DNA from: Chthoniobacterales bacterium
GTDB lineage: Bacteria; Verrucomicrobiota; Verrucomicrobiia; Chthoniobacterales; DASVRZ01
Assembly (NCBI GenBank): GCA_038230215.1
Contig: JBBRNR010000001.1
Location: forward strand, 428,498-492,497
Length of the DNA stretch: 64,000 bases
Direction: 5' to 3'
The notes under the pieces are model-generated. The model was not told where the DNA came from. It did no database searches and saw only the letters and a list, made by a program, of their open reading frames with translations. This document shows, piece after piece, positions 18,696 through 26,318 of the stretch (the first letter of the stretch is position 1; each line of letters opens with the position of its first letter). A program made the translations under genes and the position numbers.

Positions 18696-20129
18696 ATGCG
18701 GCTTCCCGGCCTCCGCAGCATTCACTGGAAGGTGTTTGTCTCGCATCTGCTCATCCTCATTCTTCCCTGCAGCTACCTCATTTGGACCGCCCGCGGCGTG
18801 GTCGAACGCGCCTGGCTACAATCCACCGAGGAAGGCCTCATCGACGTCGCCACCATCACCGCCGGCGTCTATGCGAAGGCCGTGGAAACCGGAACCGCCA
18901 ATCCGGCTTTCATTCGATTCGGACTCAACTCTGTGATTGAGGGGCTGCGCGCGGGCAAACCTCTCAAGTCACGCATTTTTGGCAGCGAACGCACCGCCTT
19001 CGATCTCGAACTCATCCTCTGCGACGACAAAGGCCAGATCGTTTACGACACGCTCGGACGCACAGGAAAATTGCACACCAACGACGTTGTCCAAGCCCGA
19101 CTCGGCAATTACGGCGCGCGCTGGGAGCACATCGATGGCACGGTGAAACTCTACAGCACAGTACCAGTCCGCGTCGGTGATCGCATCGTCGGCACCGTCA
19201 CCGCAGTCAAGCCCACGAAGCGCATCGCAGTCTTCATCCTCACCACCCTCCTCAAGTTCGCGATCCCGGTGATGCTGGCTTTTTCGCTCGCCGCGATTTT
19301 GGCCTACGTCATCTCCGGCTACATCACGAGGATTGTTAGACAACTCGCCAGCCAGGCCGAGTCGATTGCCGCCGGACACCCTAACATCAAACTGGAAACC
19401 TGGACCCGCAGCGAACTGGGAATGCTGGCCCGCGCTCTGGAAAAGATGCGACTCAAACTCGAGGGCAAGGCCTACGTCGAGGACATGGTGACCAACCTTT
19501 CCCACGAGCTAAAAACCCCGCTCGCTGCCATTCGTGGTGCTGCGGAAATTTTGGAAGATTCCGAACAGCCGGAAGTGCGCCAGCGTTTTCTAACTAACAT
19601 CCAGCACGAGGTCGCACGGCTCGATCAAATCGTTGGCAACGTCCTCGCCCTCAGCCGCGTGGAAAGCCAGCGCTCGACTAACATGGCCATCGACATTGCC
19701 GCCATCACGCGGACCTTGGCACAATCCCACGCCGTCCGAGCCACAGCGCTGCAATGCGACTTCCATGCCGATGTCGCCGTGGGCGAGATTTGCCTAACCA
19801 TCGCCACGCAACAATGGCAACTGCTCTGCAACAATCTCCTCGACAACGCCCTCCGCTTCAGTCGGCCTGGAGGCGCTGTTAGTCTGCGGCTCAGTCTCGA
19901 AAACGACATCATTGTTCTCGAAGTCAGCGACCAAGGCGTTGGCATCGAACCCGACTTGCTCCCGAAGATTTTCGACCGCTTTTTCACGACGCCAGCGCCA
20001 GCCACGGGGGAGCGCGGCACCGGGCTCGGGCTCGCCATTGTTAGATCTATCGTCGAGAGCCACCAAGGCACGATCACAGTACAACCTAACTCGCCTGCGG
20101 GCACCGTTTTCCGGGTTAAGTTTCATTGA
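18696..20129 (+). CDS. sensor histidine kinase, CreC-like
   Basis: Two transmembrane segments flank a periplasmic domain. H-box SHELKTPLAAIRGAAEIL, N-box LLDNALRFS, G1 DQGVGI, G2 GTGLGLAIV. The N-terminal STEEGLIDVATITAGV resembles the CreC sensor region. The start ATG is 1 nt after the btpA stop. Confidence 0.8.
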   Translation: MRLPGLRSIHWKVFVSHLLILILPCSYLIWTARGVVERAWLQSTEEGLIDVATITAGVYAKAVETGTANPAFIRFGLNSVIEGLRAGKPLKSRIFGSERTAFDLELILCDDKGQIVYDTLGRTGKLHTNDVVQARLGNYGARWEHIDGTVKLYSTVPVRVGDRIVGTVTAVKPTKRIAVFILTTLLKFAIPVMLAFSLAAILAYVISGYITRIVRQLASQAESIAAGHPNIKLETWTRSELGMLARALEKMRLKLEGKAYVEDMVTNLSHELKTPLAAIRGAAEILEDSEQPEVRQRFLTNIQHEVARLDQIVGNVLALSRVESQRSTNMAIDIAAITRTLAQSHAVRATALQCDFHADVAVGEICLTIATQQWQLLCNNLLDNALRFSRPGGAVSLRLSLENDIIVLEVSDQGVGIEPDLLPKIFDRFFTTPAPATGERGTGLGLAIVRSIVESHQGTITVQPNSPAGTVFRVKFH

Positions 20130-20193
20130 AATCTTCTCGTAAACTTCGCGCTAGCTTCATCAGAACTTCACAGAGCCCCGCCAGAGTCGGCGC

Positions 20194-21819
20194 ATGTTTT
20201 CACGCACATCCGCTCTCGCCCTCCTCCTCATTTTCCCGCAACTCGCACCTGCCGCAGACGCGCCCGGCAAGGTAGAACTTTCGCTCAGCCAGTGGCAGGA
20301 AACCATGGCGCGCTTAACCAAAGCCGAGACGCCGCTACCAGCAATCGAAAAGCCAGTCGCGCCCTGCCCGGCGATCATTTCCAGCGAGCGCTGCGAGGTG
20401 TCCTGGCAAAATGGACAATGGCGGCTGACCACCGATTTTGAAGTTGAGGTCTTGCAGGATCGCTGGCTCATTCTTCCCCTCGCCGACGCCGGACTTCCAT
20501 TGTTATCGAGCCAGGTTTCGGAGGGCCGGATTATCACAAAAGACGGTGCCTGTGCGCTGCTGACTAACAAACCGGGTCCAGTCAAAATCCGGCTCGTTCA
20601 GGAAACGCCGCAACCCATCGAGGATCTGGATTTCTGGGTATCCTCGGCGACTTCCATTCAGGCGCACCTAACATCAACGGAGCCCGGCCTGCATCTCACG
20701 CTGAACGAAGCCGCCCTAACCTCCGCCCCACTCGCCGTGGCTCCGGCGGAAAAGGAGCGCACTCCACTGCAATTCCGCCGCACTACGGTTCCGGCAGTGG
20801 AGAAAAAAGACCTCACGCCCGGAGTCTGGGAGAGTCGTTCCGAGACGCAGATCGCCTATGAGGACGGACGCCTGAATTACCACCATCGCGTCGTCCTGCT
20901 CTGCACCAGCGGAAATGATTCCGCAGCCACGCTCTTGCTTCCGCCAGACTGCATTGTCCTGCGCGTTGCAAGCGAGGAGCTGGATCGCTGGGAAGCCACT
21001 GCCGCGCAAGACCACATCGCACTGCAACTCGATTGGAAAAAACCTGGCGCTCGGCAGCGTATTCTCTTCGTTGATGTGGCGCGCTCGCAACCTAACATCA
21101 TGGCAAACTGGCCGCTCAACTCTCCGCAGACCGGACAACCCCAGCCGGAAGTCTGGCAGCTAACCATTCCCTCCGGACTGCGCACGACGGTTCCAGCGGA
21201 GCATCCATTGGCCGCGTCGCTCTCCACCTGGATGCAGGAGAAGCTAACAGGAAATGACGCCCCAGTTTTCCAGGCTTTGGCAGGTGTTAATATCCCTGTG
21301 ACTCCGCTCAAAACAATCGCGCTGGCCGAGGCGCGGATCGAGGCGGCCAGGTTCTCCAGCGAACTCGCAGCCGGTGGCGGAATGCTCTCGGATGCAACCC
21401 TCGAAATTGCCGCTACGGAGAAGACGACAGTCGATCTGCAATTTGAAAAAGACACGCGCATCATTTCCTGCCGCGTCGCCGGACAACGGCAAAACCCACT
21501 CGATTTGGGTGACGGTCGCATCCAACTGAGCCTGCCAGCGGCCCGCGATCGCATCTCGGTGGAACTCACTTTTTCCCAACAGCTTGTCGCGTTCGATCCG
21601 GCCAGCGGCCAGGTGCGACTGACCATGCCGCAGACGCCGCTTCTAACCAAGACCGCAAGTTGGAGGGTTCGGCTGCCCGACGGGCTCTCCCTGAGCGCGT
21701 TCGATGGAAGCGTGGTTGCCGATGCCTCGGGCGCGAGCGGCGAGCTGCATTTCCAGCAGGAGCTTTATCGCGACACCGCGCCGCTGGCCATTCTCTTCTA
21801 CCAAAAGAAAATCAAATGA
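20194..21819 (+). CDS. secreted protein of unknown function (541 aa)
   Basis: Signal peptide MFSRTSALALLLIFPQLAPAADA. No motif I recognise. It sits between the CreC-like kinase and the CreD-like membrane protein. Confidence 0.6.
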   Translation: MFSRTSALALLLIFPQLAPAADAPGKVELSLSQWQETMARLTKAETPLPAIEKPVAPCPAIISSERCEVSWQNGQWRLTTDFEVEVLQDRWLILPLADAGLPLLSSQVSEGRIITKDGACALLTNKPGPVKIRLVQETPQPIEDLDFWVSSATSIQAHLTSTEPGLHLTLNEAALTSAPLAVAPAEKERTPLQFRRTTVPAVEKKDLTPGVWESRSETQIAYEDGRLNYHHRVVLLCTSGNDSAATLLLPPDCIVLRVASEELDRWEATAAQDHIALQLDWKKPGARQRILFVDVARSQPNIMANWPLNSPQTGQPQPEVWQLTIPSGLRTTVPAEHPLAASLSTWMQEKLTGNDAPVFQALAGVNIPVTPLKTIALAEARIEAARFSSELAAGGGMLSDATLEIAATEKTTVDLQFEKDTRIISCRVAGQRQNPLDLGDGRIQLSLPAARDRISVELTFSQQLVAFDPASGQVRLTMPQTPLLTKTASWRVRLPDGLSLSAFDGSVVADASGASGELHFQQELYRDTAPLAILFYQKKIK

Positions 21820-21882
21820 AACTAACTAACATCGAACTCCGACTCGCCAAACTTCTAACCTCAAAACGCAAAAACTAAATTT

Positions 21883-23088
21883 ATGAGCATCAAACAACTT
21901 CTAACCATCGTCGTCATTTTCCTCTGCACCTGCATCGCCTGGGTAATATTGGGCACCAGCCTCTCCATGCGATCCGAATGGTCGTCCTCCGTTCTGCGCG
22001 GCCAGGTGGCGAACCAATGGGGCGGAGCGTTGCAGCAGGCGCATCCGGAGATCTTTATCGAGGCACCGGATGCGACGGGCGGGAAACGTTTTTTCTCCCC
22101 GGCGGAGTCGCATGTGACTGTGGCGATCCACAACGATCCAAAGCGCAAGGGACTGCTCTGGAATCGTACTTACAACGTGGATTTCAAAGCCGATTATCGC
22201 CTGGAAAACACCAGTCCGATCGACGAGACGATGTTCGTGGTTTTCAAATTTCCAGCGCGCGACGCAGGTTATGAAAACTTCGCCTTTGTGATCGATGGCC
22301 GGCCCAGCACGCAAAATCCGAAGCGCGGTGAACCGCTCACCGAATCGGTCCGTGTGCCCGCTGGAAAATCGGCGAAACTCCTCATCGCCTACCGCACGCG
22401 CGGTCTGGACTCGTGGGGTTACTCGTTTGGCGATGCGACGCGCATCCGAAATTTCGAGATGATGATGAGCACGGATTTCCGCGACTATAATTTTCCGGTC
22501 GGCACGAGTTCGCCGACAGCGCGGACGGACACAGCGAAGGGCTGCGATTTCACCTGGAACTACCCGGATGTGATCGGCGCGCAATCCATCGGAGTGGAAG
22601 TCCCGGTGAAGTTAAACCCCGGTCCGGTGGCGGCGAGGATCACGTTTTTTGCGCCGGTGTCGTTGCTCTTTTTCTTCGCAGTCGTGGTGCTTTGGTCTCT
22701 GGTCTCGCGGACTGCGATGCACCCGATGCACTTCTTTTTTCTGGCGGCAGGTTATTTCGCGTTCCAGTTGCTGTTCGCCTATCTGGTGGACCTGATTCCC
22801 TTGTTGGCCGCCTTCATGGTCGCTGCGGTGGTGTCGGTCGGGCTGGTCGGCGGTTACTTGCGACTGGCCTTTGGATGGGCTTTCACGAAATGGGTCGTGG
22901 TCGCACAAGTCGCCTACATGGCGCTCTTCAGCGCGAGTTTCTTTTTTGACGGACTCACCGGGCTGACGGTCACCCTGGGATCCATCGCGACACTGGCCAT
23001 CCTGATGGTAACCACGGCGAAGATCGACTGGACGACCAGGTTTCAGAAGAAAGTTGTTACTCCCCTCACCCCGGTCGCTGTCTCGTGA
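21883..23088 (+). CDS. CreD-like inner membrane protein
   Basis: Architecture: N-terminal transmembrane segment, about 230-aa exported domain, then 5 C-terminal transmembrane segments. The junction TAMHPMHFFFLAAGYFAFQLLFAYL resembles the LHPMQYLLVGLSLV segment of CreD. From memory. Confidence 0.55.
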   Translation: MSIKQLLTIVVIFLCTCIAWVILGTSLSMRSEWSSSVLRGQVANQWGGALQQAHPEIFIEAPDATGGKRFFSPAESHVTVAIHNDPKRKGLLWNRTYNVDFKADYRLENTSPIDETMFVVFKFPARDAGYENFAFVIDGRPSTQNPKRGEPLTESVRVPAGKSAKLLIAYRTRGLDSWGYSFGDATRIRNFEMMMSTDFRDYNFPVGTSSPTARTDTAKGCDFTWNYPDVIGAQSIGVEVPVKLNPGPVAARITFFAPVSLLFFFAVVVLWSLVSRTAMHPMHFFFLAAGYFAFQLLFAYLVDLIPLLAAFMVAAVVSVGLVGGYLRLAFGWAFTKWVVVAQVAYMALFSASFFFDGLTGLTVTLGSIATLAILMVTTAKIDWTTRFQKKVVTPLTPVAVS

Positions 23089-23163
23089 GAGCACTCCCCC
23101 ACTCCGCCCGGCGCAAAAAAGTGGCTTCCCGCTTTTCCGTTTCCCGGATACTTTGTCCATCCT

Positions 23164-24285
23164 ATGCGACTGCTGGATCGTTACATTCTGAAGAGCTTTT
23201 TTCTCCCGTTCCTCTACTGCTTTCTCGGCATTGCGGCGATTTGGCTCATCCTCGACATGGGCGACAAACTCCCCAGCCTGATCGACTCCCACGCCTCGGG
23301 AAGAGACATCCTCCGTTTCTATCGAATCCAACTCCCGCAGATTACCGTCTTCTGCCTGCCCATCGCGCTGCTCCTCGCCACGCTGTATTCGCTCAGCCGC
23401 CTTTCGCGCAGCAACGAGATCGTCTCCATGGTCACGGCAGGCATCAGCATCGTGCGCATCCTCGTGCCGATCTTTGTTTTCGGATTGCTGGCGACCGGAG
23501 TTACACTGGCCTTGAACTACCAACTCGCGCCCGAGTCCGAGACGAATCGCAAGGAGTTTTACGACGAGCTGACCCAGGGAAAAAAGCGCTCGACCGACCT
23601 CTTCGCCGTGCTTTTTCGCAATCGCGCCGACTCGCGAACGTGGTTTTTTGAGAAACTTTCCCGAGTCGATTCCGATGCGCGCGGCATCCAGATTCTCCAG
23701 CAGAATGACAAAGGAGACGCCGTCTGGAAAATCTTCGCCAAAGCCGCGCACTACGACGTGGAGACCCATCTCTGGACCATGCAAAGCGGCGAATTTCTCG
23801 AGCTCGCCCCCGATGGAAAAATCAAGCGCCAGAAGAATTTCGACAAACGCATCTTCCCCATGTTCACCGAGAGCCCTTATCGCATTGCCACGATGGATTT
23901 GCAGGCGGAGAACCTCGGCGTCCCCGCGCTGCATGAATATCTGACCCTGAACAGCGACCTGCCCGCCGTCCAAAAAGCGCCGTTCCAGACCCATTTCTTC
24001 TACCGCTGGGCCATGCCGTGGATGTGCCTCATCGTACTCTTACTCGCCGGCGCACTCGGCATCGCCTTCTCGCGGCGCGGCGTGCTCAATGGCGTCATCG
24101 CCACGCTTGTGCTCTTTTTTGCGATGCTTTTTGTCCGCAGCATTTGCCTCTCGCTCGGCCAGGGCGGACGCATTCCCGCGCTCTACGCAGCGTGGCTGCC
24201 GATGGCGCTTTTCACATTTCTCGGCCTGCTCCTACTTTGGAAACGCAGCTCGGGCGGCAACCTCCCCTTCTACCGCTTCAGCTAG
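23164..24285 (+). CDS. LptF/LptG family LPS export permease
   Basis: MRLLDRYILKSFFLPFLYCFLGIAAIWLILD is the canonical YjgP/YjgQ N terminus. Six transmembrane segments with a large periplasmic loop. Confidence 0.8.
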   Translation: MRLLDRYILKSFFLPFLYCFLGIAAIWLILDMGDKLPSLIDSHASGRDILRFYRIQLPQITVFCLPIALLLATLYSLSRLSRSNEIVSMVTAGISIVRILVPIFVFGLLATGVTLALNYQLAPESETNRKEFYDELTQGKKRSTDLFAVLFRNRADSRTWFFEKLSRVDSDARGIQILQQNDKGDAVWKIFAKAAHYDVETHLWTMQSGEFLELAPDGKIKRQKNFDKRIFPMFTESPYRIATMDLQAENLGVPALHEYLTLNSDLPAVQKAPFQTHFFYRWAMPWMCLIVLLLAGALGIAFSRRGVLNGVIATLVLFFAMLFVRSICLSLGQGGRIPALYAAWLPMALFTFLGLLLLWKRSSGGNLPFYRFS

Positions 24286-24290
24286 AAACC

Positions 24291-24791
24291 ATGGCACTTC
24301 CCACCGATTGGCACATCCAGCGCCGGGCCAGCCGTTGCTCGGTCACTGACACTCCATTTACCGACGGCGAAGTCTTTCACACCCTGCTTTTCCACGAAAA
24401 AGAAGGCCTGCGCCGTGAGGATCTCTGCGACGCCGCCTGGAACGCACGCCTGCCTGAGCTGGTCCCCTTCTGCTATTGGAAATCCAAATACGAGAAACCT
24501 GCCGAGACCGCTCCCGAAGCCATGCCTCGCCAGGGCGTTGAGAGCCTCCTCCGCCGCCTGATTCTGGAAGACGAACCGCACACACAGAATGTCCGCTACA
24601 TTCTCGTCCTCATGCTGGAACGGAAGCGCATCCTGAAGCCCATCGACGAAAAACCCTCCGACGAGGGTCGGCTCCTCATCTACGAGCACGCCAAAACTGG
24701 TGAAGCCTTCATCGTCACCGACCCCATGTTGCGCCTCGATCAGATCGAAACCATCCAGCAGGAAGTTTACGATTTGCTGATGCAGGGGTAA
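24291..24791 (+). CDS. conserved hypothetical protein (166 aa)
   Basis: Start at ATG 24291 (MALPTDWHIQRRASRC), 6 nt after the lptF/G stop. Protein-like composition. The upstream part of the track ORF (24018-24290) overlaps lptF/G out of frame. Confidence 0.5.
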   Translation: MALPTDWHIQRRASRCSVTDTPFTDGEVFHTLLFHEKEGLRREDLCDAAWNARLPELVPFCYWKSKYEKPAETAPEAMPRQGVESLLRRLILEDEPHTQNVRYILVLMLERKRILKPIDEKPSDEGRLLIYEHAKTGEAFIVTDPMLRLDQIETIQQEVYDLLMQG

Positions 24792-24814
24792 ACGGCATCG
24801 CTCGCGTTTTGCAT

Positions 24815-24969
24815 CGGGAGCGCACGCGTCTCGCGTGTATCCAGCGGGCGTCCCGCCCGGTGGCGTTGCTTCTACAGCAACTAAGTTAGCGATGGATCAC
24901 TACAAACTTAGGCGGCGCAGACTTCCCGGCGAGACGCCAGCAAGAACACGCGAGACGCGTGCGCTCCCG
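24815..24969. repeat. perfect 24-bp inverted repeat with 107-nt spacer
   Basis: 24815-24838 CGGGAGCGCACGCGTCTCGCGTGT is the exact reverse complement of 24946-24969. It shares GGGAGCGCA with the 15095 element and GGCGAGACGCC with the 48757 element. It lies just upstream of dusB. Confidence 0.9.
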
Positions 24970-24993
24970 GGACTTTCTGCTAAAATCTCCCCG

Positions 24994-26031
24994 ATGCTTC
25001 CCTGGTTCCAAAACCAATTCCCGCTCTACCTCGCCCCGATGGCGGGCGTCACCGACCACATCTTCCGCCAGCTTTGCAAAGAACAGGGCGCCGACGTCAT
25101 GGTCACGGAATTCGTCTCCGCCGAGGGCATCCTCCGGCGCAACGAGCGCACCTGCGAATACCTCGAATTTACCCCCGACGAACGCCCCCTCGGCGTCCAG
25201 CTCTTCGGAGCCGACCCCGAGCACCTCGGCGAAGCCGCCCGATCCGTCATCGACTGGGTGCAGCCCGACTTTATCGACCTCAATTTCGGCTGCCCGGTGA
25301 ACAAGGTCGTCAGCAAACTCGGCGGGTCCGCCCTTCTGCGCGATTGCCCCCTCCTCGGCCGCGTCGCCAGCGCCGTCGTCCGCGCGGCGGGAAACGTCCC
25401 CGTCACCGGCAAAATCCGCATTGGCTGGAGCGCCAGCACCATCAACGCCACCGAGACCGCCCGCGTCCTCGAAGACAGCGGCATCCAGGCCGTCGCCGTC
25501 CACGGACGCACCAAAGAGCAGGGCTACAGCGGCCAGGCCGATTGGGACGTCATCGGCGAAGTCGCCGCCAGCGTGAAAATCCCCGTCATCGGCAACGGCG
25601 ATATCGCCAGCCCCATCGACGTGGAACTCCGCCGTGCGCAAACCGGCGTCGCGGGCATCATGATCGGACGCGCCGCCATGACCGCCCCCTGGATTTTCCG
25701 CCGGATCAAACACTACCTCGCCACCGGCGAAGTCCTGCCCGACATCGCCTTGGAACTCAAATGGAAATTTGTCCAACGCCACGCCCGCGCCGTCGTCGCC
25801 GCCTCCATCGCCGGTGGCCGCGCCGAATCCCCCGCCATGCATTCCCTGCGCGCCCGCCTCATGGCGTATTCACGCGGCATGCCTGGCGGCAAACACCTCC
25901 GCAGCCGCCTGCAAAGCGTGTCGAGTTTGAGCGAATTGGAAGTCATCGCCAGAGAACACGTCGCCCACTTCGCCAATGTTGGGACTGCAAGTGCCCATCC
26001 ACTTGAGCCAGACGCCCATTTACACTTGTAA
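24994..26031 (+). CDS. dusB: tRNA-dihydrouridine synthase
   Basis: Start chosen at MLPWFQNQFPLYLAPMAGVTD (24994). LNFGCP, GKIRIGW, AVHGRT, IGNGDI motifs of the Dus family. Confidence 0.9.
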   Translation: MLPWFQNQFPLYLAPMAGVTDHIFRQLCKEQGADVMVTEFVSAEGILRRNERTCEYLEFTPDERPLGVQLFGADPEHLGEAARSVIDWVQPDFIDLNFGCPVNKVVSKLGGSALLRDCPLLGRVASAVVRAAGNVPVTGKIRIGWSASTINATETARVLEDSGIQAVAVHGRTKEQGYSGQADWDVIGEVAASVKIPVIGNGDIASPIDVELRRAQTGVAGIMIGRAAMTAPWIFRRIKHYLATGEVLPDIALELKWKFVQRHARAVVAASIAGGRAESPAMHSLRARLMAYSRGMPGGKHLRSRLQSVSSLSELEVIAREHVAHFANVGTASAHPLEPDAHLHL

Positions 26032-26036
26032 ATGCC

Positions 26037-26250
26037 CTGTCTGGTCGAGCGGAACCCTCTTTCCATCTCACAAGCACCATTCCGGTTGGCAGGAACGCCT
26101 CTTTTCATCCTGCCAGCATCCATCTGGTCGAGCGGAACCCCTCTTTCCATCCGACAAATGCCATTCCTGTGGCCAGTTCTCGGACTTGTAGGATGAAAAT
26201 GATCGGGATCGGACACATTTTCGCTCCATTTTGTCCAAACAGCCCAAAAC
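26037..26250. repeat. three degenerate ~42-bp tandem units plus ~85-nt conserved tail (copy 1 of a dispersed element)
   Basis: Units at 26037-26082, 26083-26123 and 26124-26166 share GG(A/T)(A/C)C(C/G)CCTCTTTCCATC. The tail from 26167 (CTGTGGCCAG...TTGTAGGATGAAA...GGACAC...CCAAACAG) matches 47815-47898. Confidence 0.8.
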
Positions 26251-26318
26251 TGGCTTTTTGGAAGTTGATGGAGTGGACCTCCATCAAACTGTCAGTCGAA
26301 TGTCGTTCGCGGGTTTCT

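Larger units (their letters stand above)
12603..21905. other. CTAAC/GTTAG pentamer island spanning about ten genes
   Basis: 43 copies counted by eye (coordinates listed in findings), versus 4-5 copies in each of the much longer flanking segments. Confidence 0.75.

Noticed and set aside
12603-21905. Explaining the CTAAC/GTTAG excess simply by use of rare Leu codons or lower local GC
   Set aside because: The motif arises in four different codon phases involving Leu, Thr, Asn, Val and Ser codons, through stop codons and in intergenic DNA. It occurs on both strands independent of gene orientation. Closely related words (CTAAG, CTAAT, TTAAC, GTAAC) are not visibly enriched. Still needs a proper statistical test.
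24018-24290. Upstream extension of the 24291..24791 gene
   Set aside because: It overlaps the 3' end of lptF/G in another frame with Arg/Ala/His-rich composition. An ATG 6 nt after the lptF/G stop gives a sensible start.
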